NCBI GenBank assembly: GCA_963749705.1
Contig: CAVVNQ010000004.1
Span: 160,001 to 224,000 of the forward strand
Origin: an uncultured Chloroflexia bacterium
Lineage (GTDB): Bacteria > Chloroflexota > Limnocylindria > Limnocylindrales > CSP1-4
Reading direction: 5' to 3'
DNA: 64,000 nucleotides
Program-made: the position numbers and the translations under genes
Part shown: one piece after another, positions 30,093 to 39,534 of the stretch
How the letters are laid out: each line of letters starts with the position of its first letter
Position numbering within the stretch: the stretch's first letter is position 1
Notes under the pieces: model-generated
Database searches by the model: none
Told to the model about the DNA's origin: nothing
Seen by the model: only the letters and a program-made list of their open reading frames with translations

Positions 30093-30875
30093 TCAGGCCG
30101 CGTCTCCGGCTCGAAGCGCCTCCCGAACCTCCGTCACGAGCCGGAAGTAGCGGTCCGTCGCGCGGGTCCGGTCCGACCGCGGCCGTGGCAGGTCGACCTC
30201 GACCACCTGCGTGATCCGCCCCGGTCGCGGGCTCATGACCGCGATCCGCGACGACAGGTAGACCGCCTCGGGCACGGAATGGGTCACGAACACGATCGTG
30301 GTCCCGGTCAGCGCCCAGATCCTGAGCAGCTCGTCGTTCATCCGCTCGCGGGTCATCTCGTCCAGGGCACCGAACGGCTCGTCCATGAGCAGGATCGGCG
30401 GCTGGAAGGACAGCGCCCGGGCGATCGAGACGCGCTGCTGCATGCCCCCCGACAGCTGCGACGGCCGGTGCCCGCCGAACGCCCCGAGCTCGACCAGATC
30501 CAGCATCTCGCGGGCCCGCGCGGCGCGCGAGCGGGCGGCCATGCCGAGGATCTCGAGCGGCAGCGCGATGTTGTCCTCGACCGTCCGCCACTCGAACAGG
30601 ACGGGCGCCTGGAACACCATGCCGTAGTCGTGGTCCAGGCGCGCGCCGGCCGGTGGCTTGCCATTGACGACAACCTCGCCCGCGTCCGGCTCGACGAGAT
30701 CGCCGACGACCCGCAGGAGCGTTGACTTGCCACACCCCGACGGGCCGATGAGCGACACGAGCTCGCCCTGGGCGACGTCGAGGTCGATCCCGTCGAGCGC
30801 CAGGGTCCCGCCGTCCGGACCCCCGGCAAACGCCTTGCGGACGCCGCGGATCCGGACGATCGGCCGGGGCTCCAC
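30093..30875 (-). CDS. ABC transporter ATP-binding protein, NitT/TauT family
   Basis: GPSGCGKST, LSGGMQQR, LLMDEPFGALD, FVTH, MSPRPGRI. Confidence 0.92.
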   Translation of the reverse strand: MEPRPIVRIRGVRKAFAGGPDGGTLALDGIDLDVAQGELVSLIGPSGCGKSTLLRVVGDLVEPDAGEVVVNGKPPAGARLDHDYGMVFQAPVLFEWRTVEDNIALPLEILGMAARSRAARAREMLDLVELGAFGGHRPSQLSGGMQQRVSIARALSFQPPILLMDEPFGALDEMTRERMNDELLRIWALTGTTIVFVTHSVPEAVYLSSRIAVMSPRPGRITQVVEVDLPRPRSDRTRATDRYFRLVTEVREALRAGDAA

Positions 30876-30892
30876 GACCCCCGCCGGGAGTG

Positions 30893-32227
30893 CTATCCGG
30901 TCACCGCCTCGTCGGCGATGTCCAGGGCACGATCGATGACCTCGAAGCCCTCCGCCAGCTGCTCCTCGGTGATGCACAGCGGCGGGTTGGTATGGATCGA
31001 GTTGTTGGCCATCATCGTGTACAGGCCGTTGGCGCGGAAGAACTTGCCGATCGCCTTCATCTCGTCGCTGGTCCCGTTGAACGGGGTCAGCGGGGTCCAC
31101 GGGTCGCGCGAGCGGACCAGGTCGATGATCCCGAACAGCCCGATGCTGCGGTGCGCGCCGACCGACGGGTGCTTGGCCGCGAGCGCCTCGTGGTGGGCGC
31201 GCATGACCGGACCAAGGCGGGCGGCATTGCCGATCAGGTCGTCCTCCTCGTACACGCCGATCGTGGCCAGCGCGGCGGCGAGGCTGATCGGGTGGCTGCT
31301 GTAGGTGAGGCCGCCGAAGAACATCTTCGAGTCCATCGCCTCGGAGATGAAGTCACGCATCGCGACGGCGCCGAGCGGCAGGTAGCTCGAGGTGAGGCCC
31401 TTGGCCATCGTCATCAGGTCGGGCACGACGTCCCAGTTGTCGACCGCGAACCAGCGGCCGGTGCGCCCGAAGCCCGCCATGACCTCGTCGGCGACCATCA
31501 GGATGCCGTACTTGTCGCACAGCTCGCGGACGCCCTTGAGGTACCCGTCGGGCGGGATGAGGATGCCGTTGGTGCCCACGACCGTCTCGAGGAACACCGC
31601 CGCGATCGTCTGCGGACCCTCGTACTTGATCACGTCCTCGAGGCCGTTGAGCGCCTCCTCGGCCGAACGCGGCTCCGGCTCCCCCCAGCGGTGGGTGTCG
31701 GGGTAACGGACGACGCCGACCAGCCCCGGCTCGTTGGCCCAGCGGCGGTAGTCGCCGGTGAGCGTCATCGCGCCGAAGGTCGCCCCGTGGTAAGAGCGGT
31801 ACCGGGCGAGCAGCTTGTAGCGGCCGGTGTAGTGGCGGGCCAGCTTGATCGCGTTCTCGATCGCCTCCGCGCCACCGAGCGTGAAGAACACCTTGTTCAT
31901 GTCGCCCGGCAGGATCTCGGCCATCTTCGCGCCCAGCCGGGCGCGGACCTCGGTCGCGAACGCCGGCTGGACGAACTGGAGCTTCGTCGCCTGCTCGGTG
32001 ATCGCGTCGATCACGCGGCGGTCGCCGTGGCCGATGTTGACCGACATCAGCTGGGCGTTGAAGTCCAGGATCCGCTTGCCTTCCGGCGTGTACAGGTAGA
32101 CGCCTTCGGCGTGATCGATGGCGATCGGGTCGATGGCGCCCTGCACGGACCACGAGAACAGGGTGTGAGCCCGGGACAGGGAGACGATCTCCTCACTGGT
32201 CATGCCCGGCGCGGCGCTGATGCCCAT
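30893..32227 (-). CDS. Class III PLP aminotransferase (beta-alanine/taurine--pyruvate aminotransferase-like)
   Basis: GGAEAIENAIKLAR, SYHGAT, DEVMAGFGRTG, MAKGLTS, GLTYSSHP; GGAGG RBS. Confidence 0.92.
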   Translation of the reverse strand: MGISAAPGMTSEEIVSLSRAHTLFSWSVQGAIDPIAIDHAEGVYLYTPEGKRILDFNAQLMSVNIGHGDRRVIDAITEQATKLQFVQPAFATEVRARLGAKMAEILPGDMNKVFFTLGGAEAIENAIKLARHYTGRYKLLARYRSYHGATFGAMTLTGDYRRWANEPGLVGVVRYPDTHRWGEPEPRSAEEALNGLEDVIKYEGPQTIAAVFLETVVGTNGILIPPDGYLKGVRELCDKYGILMVADEVMAGFGRTGRWFAVDNWDVVPDLMTMAKGLTSSYLPLGAVAMRDFISEAMDSKMFFGGLTYSSHPISLAAALATIGVYEEDDLIGNAARLGPVMRAHHEALAAKHPSVGAHRSIGLFGIIDLVRSRDPWTPLTPFNGTSDEMKAIGKFFRANGLYTMMANNSIHTNPPLCITEEQLAEGFEVIDRALDIADEAVTG

Positions 32228-32671
32228 GAATCCTCCGATCCGGGCCGCGGTGGCCGGCCCGTGTTCAGGTGACGTCGAGAGCCCCGTGGCGGGACGTGGC
32301 ACGCGGGGGCACGGTCGTTGCGGTCATTACAGCACACGGCCGCCGCCGTGACAGGGCCGGACGCCGGGAGCCGGCCCGGGTCGATCGGCCTGAGATCGAC
32401 ACCGGCCCCGCGCTCACTGCTGGCTTCTCGCCTCGTTGCCGCTGTTCCGCTGCTCGCCTCGCTTCCGCCGCTCACCTCCGCCGCTCGCCTGACGGAATCG
32501 CTGCCCCCTGTCAGATGCCCACCTCGCGAGCGTTGGCCACCGGATCCGTCCGAGTCGACCATCGCGCGTGCCAATACGGTCCCTGGTGCCCGGGAGACGA
32601 GCGCGTGTCATGCGGAGGTCGCACAAGGATCCTCGGGCACCGGCGAGTGCTCGCCTGGTGGACAGATGGCA

Positions 32672-32782
32672 GGCGATCCGGACGGCACGGGCGATCCGTA
32701 CGCGGAGCAGGCGATCCGGACGCGAACGGGCGATCCGACGCGAACGGGCGATCCGACGCGAAACGGGCTATCCCGACGCGGA
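32672..32782. repeat. Short imperfect tandem repeat GGCGATCCG(G)ACGCGAACG, 18-20 bp unit, about 6 copies
   Basis: Visible unit repetition running into the decarboxylase stop. Confidence 0.75.
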
Positions 32783-34195
32783 CAGGCCGGCGAGCCCGCG
32801 GATCACCGCGATCGAGGCCTCGACGTCGGCCTCGGTCGTCGACCAGCCCGAAACCGAGATCCGCATCGCGCGCCTGCCGTGCCACGTCGTCCCGCCCAGC
32901 CACAGCGTCCCGTCGCGCTGGACGGCGGCGATCACGGCGTCCGTTCGGGCATCCCCGGCCGCGTCGTCACCGGACGGGTCGTCGAACCGGACCAGCACCT
33001 GGTTGAGCACGACGTCGTTGAGCACGCGAGCTCCCGCCGTCCCGTCGAGGCCGCTCGCGAACCGGCGGGCATGGTCCGAGGTCCGAGCCACCAGGTCGGC
33101 GACGCCACGACGCCCCAGCGAGCGGAGCGCGGCCCACACCGTGAAGCCGCGCGCGCGCCGCGATGACTCGGCGACCCAGTTGTAGGGATCGCGCTCGGCA
33201 CCGGTCGTCTCGACGTAGTACGCCGCCCCGAGGGTCATCGCGGCCTGGTGGGCCGACGGGTCGGCGACAAACGAGACGCCGGAGTCATAGGGCACGTTGA
33301 GCCACTTGTGCGCGTCGGTCGTCCACGAGTCGGCGAGCCCCACGCCCTCGACCAGGTGGCGGCGCGCCGGATCGGCCGCGGCCCACAGCCCGAACGCCCC
33401 ATCGACGTGCAGCCAGCCGCCGTTCGCCCGGACGGCATCCACGATCGGCGGCAGCGGATCGAACGCGCCCGTGTTCACGTTGCCCGCCTGCGCGCAGACC
33501 AGCGCGGGCCGGTCGAGCGCGGCGAGCACGTCCGCCAGGGCATCCGGGCGCATCCGGCCCTGCTCGTCGGTCGGGATCCGGATCACCCGGTCGCGGCCGA
33601 GACCCAGCATCTGCAGGGCGGCGAAGATCGTGACGTGCAATTCGTCGCTCACGATGACCGGGATCTCCGGCGCGCCGAACAGGCCCTGCCGCTCGACGTC
33701 CCAGCCCGCCCGGCCGAGCAGCGCATGGCGACCCGCGGCGAGGCCGGTGAACGTGGCCATCGTCGCCCCGGTCGTGAACCCAACGCTCACCGTCGGCGGC
33801 AGCCCGAACAGCTCCGCCATCCACGCACCCGCCACCTCCTCGGCGACGGCCGCGGCAGGGCCGATGACGTACAACCCGGCGTTCTGGTCCCAGGCGGTCG
33901 TCAGCCAGTCCGCGCCGACGGCGGCGGGCAGTCCCCCGCCGATCACGAACCCGAAGTACCGCGGACCGGCGCTCGCGATGATGCCGCCGTCCGCGTTCGC
34001 CGCAAGCGCCTCGATCACCGCGACCGGGTCCTCGGGCTCGTCGGGCAGCGCGCCGCCGAAGCGCTCCCTGAGCGTCGCGAGGGAGGATGTCGCGTGCACG
34101 GGTCGCTCAGCCAGCGTCTGCACGAACTCGCGCGCCAGCTCGGCGGCACGTGCCATCGCCGCGTCGGTCTCGGTCGGCCCCTGGACCCGGGTCAT
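32768..34195 (-). CDS. Group II PLP-dependent decarboxylase
   Basis: PRYFGFVIGG, AGNVNTGAFD, WLHVDGAFG, ADSWTTDAHKWLNVPYD. Confidence 0.92.
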   Translation of the reverse strand: MTRVQGPTETDAAMARAAELAREFVQTLAERPVHATSSLATLRERFGGALPDEPEDPVAVIEALAANADGGIIASAGPRYFGFVIGGGLPAAVGADWLTTAWDQNAGLYVIGPAAAVAEEVAGAWMAELFGLPPTVSVGFTTGATMATFTGLAAGRHALLGRAGWDVERQGLFGAPEIPVIVSDELHVTIFAALQMLGLGRDRVIRIPTDEQGRMRPDALADVLAALDRPALVCAQAGNVNTGAFDPLPPIVDAVRANGGWLHVDGAFGLWAAADPARRHLVEGVGLADSWTTDAHKWLNVPYDSGVSFVADPSAHQAAMTLGAAYYVETTGAERDPYNWVAESSRRARGFTVWAALRSLGRRGVADLVARTSDHARRFASGLDGTAGARVLNDVVLNQVLVRFDDPSGDDAAGDARTDAVIAAVQRDGTLWLGGTTWHGRRAMRISVSGWSTTEADVEASIAVIRGLAGLSASG

Positions 34196-34287
34196 TCCTG
34201 GCTCCTTCGCTCAGCGCCGACCCGGACGCCATCGGCCGGGACGAGCCGTCGAGATCATCGCCTGCGCCCGGGCGACACGCAAGGCGC

Positions 34288-34396
34288 CCGGGCAGGCGTA
34301 CGGCGCCGGGTCGACGCGCAAGCCGTGGACGACGCGCAGCACCCCCGGGCAAGGCCACGGCGCCGGGTCGACGCGCAAGCCGTGGACGACGCGCAG
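34288..34396. repeat. Direct repeat, 57-bp period with 40-bp identical core, two copies, in a divergent intergenic region
   Basis: ACGGCGCCGGGTCGACGCGCAAGCCGTGGACGACGCGCAG at 34300 and 34357. Confidence 0.8.
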
Positions 34397-34451
34397 GTCG
34401 CCCGGACGACGTGCGGAGCGCCTCGCGAGCCGCTAGCCTTCGGCGACCGTG

Positions 34452-35705
34452 ATGACTCCATCGCTCTGGCGACACGCCGACTTCCTCAAGCTGTGGGCGG
34501 GTCAGACCGTGTCCGAGCTCGGCTCGGTCGTGACCCGGACCGCGGTGCCGCTCGCCGCCCTGCTGGTCCTGGGCGCAGGCCCCTGGGAGATGGCCGCGCT
34601 GGTGGTGTCGGCGAGCCTCGCCGTGCTCCTGGTGGGGCTGTTCGCCGGGGCGTGGGCCGATCGCGTCCGCCGCCGCCCGCTGCTGATCTGGACCGACGCG
34701 CTGCGGGCGCTGCTCCTGGCGTCGATCCCGATCGCCTACGTGGCCGGGGTCCTGCGGATCGAGCAGCTGTACATCGTGACGTTCATCGAAGCCAGCCTGG
34801 GCGCCCTGTTCGATGCCGCGTACCCCGCGTACGTGCCCTCGCTGATCGGGATCGAGCGGGTCGTCGACGGCAACAGCAAGCTGGCGACGAGCTCGTCGCT
34901 CGCGGAGATCGGTGGGCCGGGGCTGGCCGGCGCGCTCGTCCAGGCCGTGAGCGCCCCGTTCGCGCTGTTCGTCGACGCGGTGTCGTTCGCGTTCTCGGCC
35001 GTGAGCCTGCTCCTGATCCGGACGCCCGAGCCCGCACGACCGGTCCGGACGACGGCGACGCCCATCCGCGGCGAGATCGTCGAGGGGCTGCTCCTCGTGC
35101 GTCGCCATCCGGTCCTGCTGCCGATCGCGGCGCGCTCGGTCATCGCCCACATCGCGGGGTCGTTCTACGGCGTCCTGTACACGATCTACCTGATCCAGGA
35201 CCTCCATCTGACGCCGTTCCTGCTGGGCATCGTGGTCTCCGCGGGCGGCGTGGGGTCGCTGATCGGGTCGTTCTTCGCTGCCCGCGTCATCCGGGCCTAC
35301 GGGCTGGGGCCCAGCCTGATCGGGACCGCGACGCTGGCGGCGGTGCTGGGCGTCCTCACGCCGCTCGCGCAGGGGCCGATCCTGGTGGCAACGGCGATGG
35401 TGTTCATCCCGCAGCTGGTCGGCGACGGGCTCCAGACGATCGAGGGCGTCGCCGAGATCTCGCTCATCCAGGGCCTCAGCCCGGACCGGATCCTGGGGCG
35501 CGTGAACGCCACGCTCGAGGTCGTGTCGCACGGGATCGCCTACCCCATCGGGGCGCTCCTCGCCGCGGCCGTCGCAGGCTGGATCGGCGTCCGGGGCGGG
35601 ATCGCGATCGGCTGGGCCGGGATGGCCGTCTCGATCCTGCTCCTGGTCCGGTCCCCACTGCCCCGCGTCCGGCAGGTGTCGGACGTGCCCGAGGTCGAAG
35701 GCTGA
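34452..35705 (+). CDS. MFS transporter (DHA3/MefA-like)
   Basis: DFLKLWAGQTVSELGS, AGAWADRVRRRPLL, about 12 hydrophobic segments, ILGRVNA. Confidence 0.92.
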   Translation: MTPSLWRHADFLKLWAGQTVSELGSVVTRTAVPLAALLVLGAGPWEMAALVVSASLAVLLVGLFAGAWADRVRRRPLLIWTDALRALLLASIPIAYVAGVLRIEQLYIVTFIEASLGALFDAAYPAYVPSLIGIERVVDGNSKLATSSSLAEIGGPGLAGALVQAVSAPFALFVDAVSFAFSAVSLLLIRTPEPARPVRTTATPIRGEIVEGLLLVRRHPVLLPIAARSVIAHIAGSFYGVLYTIYLIQDLHLTPFLLGIVVSAGGVGSLIGSFFAARVIRAYGLGPSLIGTATLAAVLGVLTPLAQGPILVATAMVFIPQLVGDGLQTIEGVAEISLIQGLSPDRILGRVNATLEVVSHGIAYPIGALLAAAVAGWIGVRGGIAIGWAGMAVSILLLVRSPLPRVRQVSDVPEVEG

Positions 35706-35751
35706 GCGCCGGTCGGGTCGCCGCGCCGCCGCCGCGCCTCCGTCGCTTCAC

Positions 35752-35791
35752 TTGCGCCGTAACCATAAGGTGGCACAATACCGGTTACGGC
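35752..35791 (+). promoter_or_regulatory. Promoter (TTGCGC-N16-CACAAT, extended TG) overlapped by 9-bp inverted repeat GCCGTAACC..GGTTACGGC
   Basis: Inverted repeat at 35756-35764 / 35783-35791 in an AT-richer patch upstream of the SnoaL gene. Confidence 0.5.
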
Positions 35792-35826
35792 GGCGCGGAC
35801 AGCGCCGCACCACGGAGGCCCGGAGC

Positions 35827-36183
35827 ATGACCCACGACGACGCGGCGCGCTGGCTGGACGGCTACATCGAGGCCTGGCGGAGCTACGATCCCGACGCCAT
35901 CGGCAACCTGTTCAGCGAGGATGCCGAGTATCGCTACCACCCGTGGGACGAGCCGGTTCGCGGGCGGGCCGCGATCGTCGCATCGTGGCGCGACAACCAG
36001 GATCAGCCCGGCAGCTGGGAGGCGGAATACCAGCCCTGGGCGGTCGACGGCGATCGCGTGGTCGCCACCGGGATCAGCCGCTACCCGCACGAGCAGCGCA
36101 CCTATCACAACGTGTTCCTGTGCCGGTTCGATGCCGACGGCCGATGCCGCGAGTTCACCGAGGTGTTCGCGAAGGAGCGCTGA
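35827..36183 (+). CDS. SnoaL/NTF2-like protein
   Basis: WLDGYIEAWRSYDPDAIGNLFSEDAEYRYHPW, YHNVFLCRFDADGRCREFTE. Confidence 0.85.
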   Translation: MTHDDAARWLDGYIEAWRSYDPDAIGNLFSEDAEYRYHPWDEPVRGRAAIVASWRDNQDQPGSWEAEYQPWAVDGDRVVATGISRYPHEQRTYHNVFLCRFDADGRCREFTEVFAKER

Positions 36184-36300
36184 CCCCAGCCGGCGCCCGC
36201 GCCACCGGCGTATCCTTCGCTCTCTTGCCGGGCACGGACGGCCCGGGTCGTATCTCGCGCGCCACCGTGCACGGCGCGCGCCGTGGAGGAGGCTGACGCG

Positions 36301-37149
36301 ATGCCCCGTATCGTCCGAGGCGCGCTCCTGCAGGCAACCTGGACCGGCGACAAGGAGTCGATGATCCAGAAGCACGAGGGCTACGCGCACGAGGCGGCCA
36401 AGCAAGGCGCCCAGGTGATGCTGTTCCAGGAGCTGTTCTACGGCCCCTACTTCTGCCAGGTGCAGGAGCCCAGCTACTACAGCTACACCGAGCTCATCCC
36501 CGACGGCCCCACGACCAAGCGCATGCAGGCGCTGGCCAAGGAGACGGGCATGGTCCTGGTGGTGCCGATGTACGAGGAGGACGGCACGGCCTCGGGCATC
36601 TACTACAACACCGCGGCCGTGATCGATGCCGACGGGTCGTACCTGGGCAAGTACCGCAAGACCCACATCCCGCACGTGAAGGGGTTCTGGGAGAAGTACT
36701 ACTTCCGCCCGGGCAACCTCGGCTACCCGGTGTTCCAGACCGCGGTGGGCAAGGTGGGCGTGTACATCTGCTACGACCGCCACTTCCCCGAGGGCGCGCG
36801 GGCGCTGGGGCTCAACGGGGCCGAGATGGTGTTCATCCCGAGTGCCACCAGCCGCGGCCTGTCCGAGTACCTGTGGCGGGTGGAGCAGATCAGCCACGCG
36901 GTCGCCAACGGCTACTTCGTGGGCACCATCAACCGGGTGGGCATCGAGCCATTGGGCGATGACGACTTCTACGGCCAGAGCTACTTCGCCGATCCGCGGG
37001 GCCAGATCATCGGCGGTGCCGGCTCCGCGCACGACGAGGAGCTGATCATCCGCGACATGGACCTCGACCTCGTGACCGAGGTCCGCCAGACCTGGCAGTT
37101 CTACCGCGACCGCCGTCCCGACCAGTACGGGGACCTGGTGGCGCCGTAA
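36301..37149 (+). CDS. Nitrilase-family carbon-nitrogen hydrolase (beta-ureidopropionase-like)
   Basis: Catalytic triad FQELF, YRKTHIP, ICYDRHFPE; FWEKYYFRPGNLGYPVF; WQFYRDRRP. Confidence 0.92.
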   Translation: MPRIVRGALLQATWTGDKESMIQKHEGYAHEAAKQGAQVMLFQELFYGPYFCQVQEPSYYSYTELIPDGPTTKRMQALAKETGMVLVVPMYEEDGTASGIYYNTAAVIDADGSYLGKYRKTHIPHVKGFWEKYYFRPGNLGYPVFQTAVGKVGVYICYDRHFPEGARALGLNGAEMVFIPSATSRGLSEYLWRVEQISHAVANGYFVGTINRVGIEPLGDDDFYGQSYFADPRGQIIGGAGSAHDEELIIRDMDLDLVTEVRQTWQFYRDRRPDQYGDLVAP

Positions 37150-37205
37150 GAAACAGGCCGATCAGCACGGTCGACATCGGAACCGGATCCGGTATCATCC
37201 CGCGC

Positions 37206-37243
37206 GGCTCGGCTGCCAGGAGGAGGGCAGCCGAGCCCCTTTG
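37206..37243 (+). terminator. 12-bp hairpin with short T tail (terminator or attenuator)
   Basis: GGCTCGGCTGCC-aggaggag-GGCAGCCGAGCC-CCTTT. Confidence 0.5.
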
Positions 37244-37275
37244 ATTCTCCGGAGGCGGAGAGCAGGAGGACCTCG

Positions 37276-38286
37276 ATGCAGTTCGGGTTCACGCTGAAAC
37301 CTGACCACACGATCGAGCGCACGATCGCCCTCACGAAGCAGGCCGAGGCGGCCGGGTTCGAGTACGGCTGGCTGTTCGACAGCCACGTCCTGTGGCGGGA
37401 TCCGTACCCGCTGCTGACGCTGATGGCCCAGGCCACGACCACGATGCGGCTGGGCACCTGCGTGACCAACCCCGCCACGCGCGAGCCGTCCGTGACGGCG
37501 TCCGCGCTGGCCGTGATGGACGAGCTCTCGGGCGGGCGGATGGACCTGGGCATCGGCCGCGGCGACTCCGCCCGACGCGTCCTGGGCAAGAGCCCCACGA
37601 CGATGAAGGACCTCGAGCAGGCGGTCCACGTGATCCGGGCGCTGGTCGAGAGACGGCCGATCGAGTTCGAGGGCACGATGCTCGAGCTGCCCTGGAGCCC
37701 GGGGCATCGGCTTCCGGTGTGGATCGCCGGCTACGGCCCGGTTGCCCTCAAGCTCACCGGGCGGATCGCGGACGGGGCGATGCTCCAGATCGGCGATCCG
37801 GACCTCATCCGCTGGTTCGTGTCGCAGGTCCGTACGTCGGCCGCCGAGGCGGGTCGCGACCCGGACTCGATCAGGGTCATGTCGGCCGCCCCGGCGCACG
37901 TCGGCGACCTGGCCGAGGGCCGCGATCGGACCCGATGGTTCCCGGCCATGGTCGGGAACCACGTCGTGGACCTGGTCAACAAGTACCCTCGCGACGACCT
38001 GCCCGAGGAGCTCACCCAGTACGTCCGGAACCGCGAGGGCTACGACTACCTCCACCACGCGGAGGTGGGCAGCTCAAACGCCTCGTTCGTGAGCGACGAC
38101 ATCGTCGACCGGTTCTGCGTGCTGGGCTCCGTGGATCAGCACATCGAGCGGCTGCGGGCGCTGGCCGAGGCGGGTGTCAGCCAGTTCAACGTCTACCTCA
38201 TGAACGGCAACGAGGAGGAGCTGCTGGAGATCTACGGCCGCGAGGTGATCCCGGCCGTTCGCGATGTTCCGCCCGCGATCGGCTGA
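37276..38286 (+). CDS. LLM-class, probably F420-dependent oxidoreductase (TIGR03842-like)
   Basis: GWLFDSHVLW, GTCVTNP, GIGRGDSA, RWFPAMVGNHVVDLV, YDYLHHAEVG, VDRFC. Confidence 0.88.
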   Translation: MQFGFTLKPDHTIERTIALTKQAEAAGFEYGWLFDSHVLWRDPYPLLTLMAQATTTMRLGTCVTNPATREPSVTASALAVMDELSGGRMDLGIGRGDSARRVLGKSPTTMKDLEQAVHVIRALVERRPIEFEGTMLELPWSPGHRLPVWIAGYGPVALKLTGRIADGAMLQIGDPDLIRWFVSQVRTSAAEAGRDPDSIRVMSAAPAHVGDLAEGRDRTRWFPAMVGNHVVDLVNKYPRDDLPEELTQYVRNREGYDYLHHAEVGSSNASFVSDDIVDRFCVLGSVDQHIERLRALAEAGVSQFNVYLMNGNEEELLEIYGREVIPAVRDVPPAIG

Positions 38287-38384
38287 CCACCGGCACCGCC
38301 CGGACCTTGGTCAGGGGTCGGATGTCAGGCTCGACGAAGGGGGCACATCGGCGCACACTCGAGCGACTCCAGGAGGTGCCCCCG

Positions 38385-38594
38385 ATGCCGTCGATCTCGC
38401 TGCTCCGTCGCCGTGACCCATGGTGGGAGGCGGACGGACCCGCCGCCCGCCGGGAACGTCGCCGGCAGCGGTTCGTGGCCGCGTTGGCGTTCATGGCAGC
38501 CCTGACCGCGGTCGGCGCCGCGACCATCGCGTGGGCCATCGAGCTGGGCGTCGCGGCCGGCTTCGGGGTGCGGGTGACGCTCGGGATCGGCTGA
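38385..38594 (+). CDS. Small membrane protein (69 aa)
   Basis: AGGAGGT RBS; RRRDPWWEADGPAARRERRRQR followed by a hydrophobic helix. Confidence 0.65.
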   Translation: MPSISLLRRRDPWWEADGPAARRERRRQRFVAALAFMAALTAVGAATIAWAIELGVAAGFGVRVTLGIG

Positions 38595-38625
38595 TCCCCG
38601 GCAGATGCGACCGAGCCGCCGGCGG

Positions 38626-39036
38626 TCAGCGCACGCCGGCGAGCTCCGAGTTCTCGAGCCCCAGCGCCCGGCGCGCGGCCATCTCATCGTCGACGCACAG
38701 GGTCAGCTCCATCATCGTTCCCTGACGTCCCACGGGCAGCACGCCGACGACGTTGACCCCCGCGGCCGCGAGCCGCTCGCTCACGTCGGCCAGGCCGCCC
38801 GGGCAATCCTCGACGCTCACCCGGATCGGCTCGCCCTCCATGTACAGGGCGCCCAACCCGTGGAGCACCTCGCGCGCTGCGTCGTCGTCGCTGGTCGTCA
38901 CGAACATGCACGCGAATGGCCCGGCTCCCGCACACGCAACCTGGTGAAGGTCGATGCCGCGCGCCGCGAACGCCCTCGCCACGTGGGCGAGCTCGCCCGG
39001 GTGGTTGCGGAGCTGGATCACGAACTGTCGCGCCAT
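38626..39036 (-). CDS. Tandem ACT-domain protein
   Basis: LRNHPGELAHVA..GIDL and VEDCPGGLADV..GVNV; AGGAGGT RBS. Confidence 0.82.
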   Translation of the reverse strand: MARQFVIQLRNHPGELAHVARAFAARGIDLHQVACAGAGPFACMFVTTSDDDAAREVLHGLGALYMEGEPIRVSVEDCPGGLADVSERLAAAGVNVVGVLPVGRQGTMMELTLCVDDEMAARRALGLENSELAGVR

Positions 39037-39225
39037 CGTCCACCTCCTGCCGCACGCCCATGCCCGCGCCCGGTCGAACGGAGCGTGCTCGTGCGGCGCG
39101 ACGGCGGCCAGTGCCGGAGGTCGATCCGTGGCGCATCGTCCGGCCGGTCGCAGATGGCCATCGACCTGCCCCGCGCACGAACGTCCTACGATCAGGGCTG
39201 AAGCTCAGGCGAAAGGGAGCCAGCG

Positions 39226-39534
39226 ATGTTCGTCAACCTCGTCCACGTCCACGTCAAGCCCGAGCACATCGATGCGTTCATCGACGCCACACGGGCCAAC
39301 CACGAGGCATCGACGCGCGAGCCGGGCAACCTCCGGTTCGACGTCCTGCGCTCGGTCGATGACCCCGACCGGTTCCTGCTCTACGAGTGGTACGTGGACG
39401 AGGATGCCGCGCAGGCGCACAAGCTGACCCCCCACTACGACGCCTGGCGCGAGGCCGTGGCCGACTGGCTGGTCGAGCCGCGTCACGGCGTCCGGTACAC
39501 GGGGCTGTTTCCCGAGACGCCGGTGTCCGAGTGA
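39226..39534 (+). CDS. ABM-family monooxygenase/isomerase (LsrG/YgiN-like)
   Basis: EPGNLRFDVL, FLLYEWY, AHKLTPHYDAWR. Confidence 0.88.
   Translation: MFVNLVHVHVKPEHIDAFIDATRANHEASTREPGNLRFDVLRSVDDPDRFLLYEWYVDEDAAQAHKLTPHYDAWREAVADWLVEPRHGVRYTGLFPETPVSE

Noticed and set aside
32230-32670. Coding gene or riboswitch upstream of the aminotransferase
   Set aside because: ORFs lack motifs, the region is low-complexity, and I could not match any known riboswitch consensus by eye.
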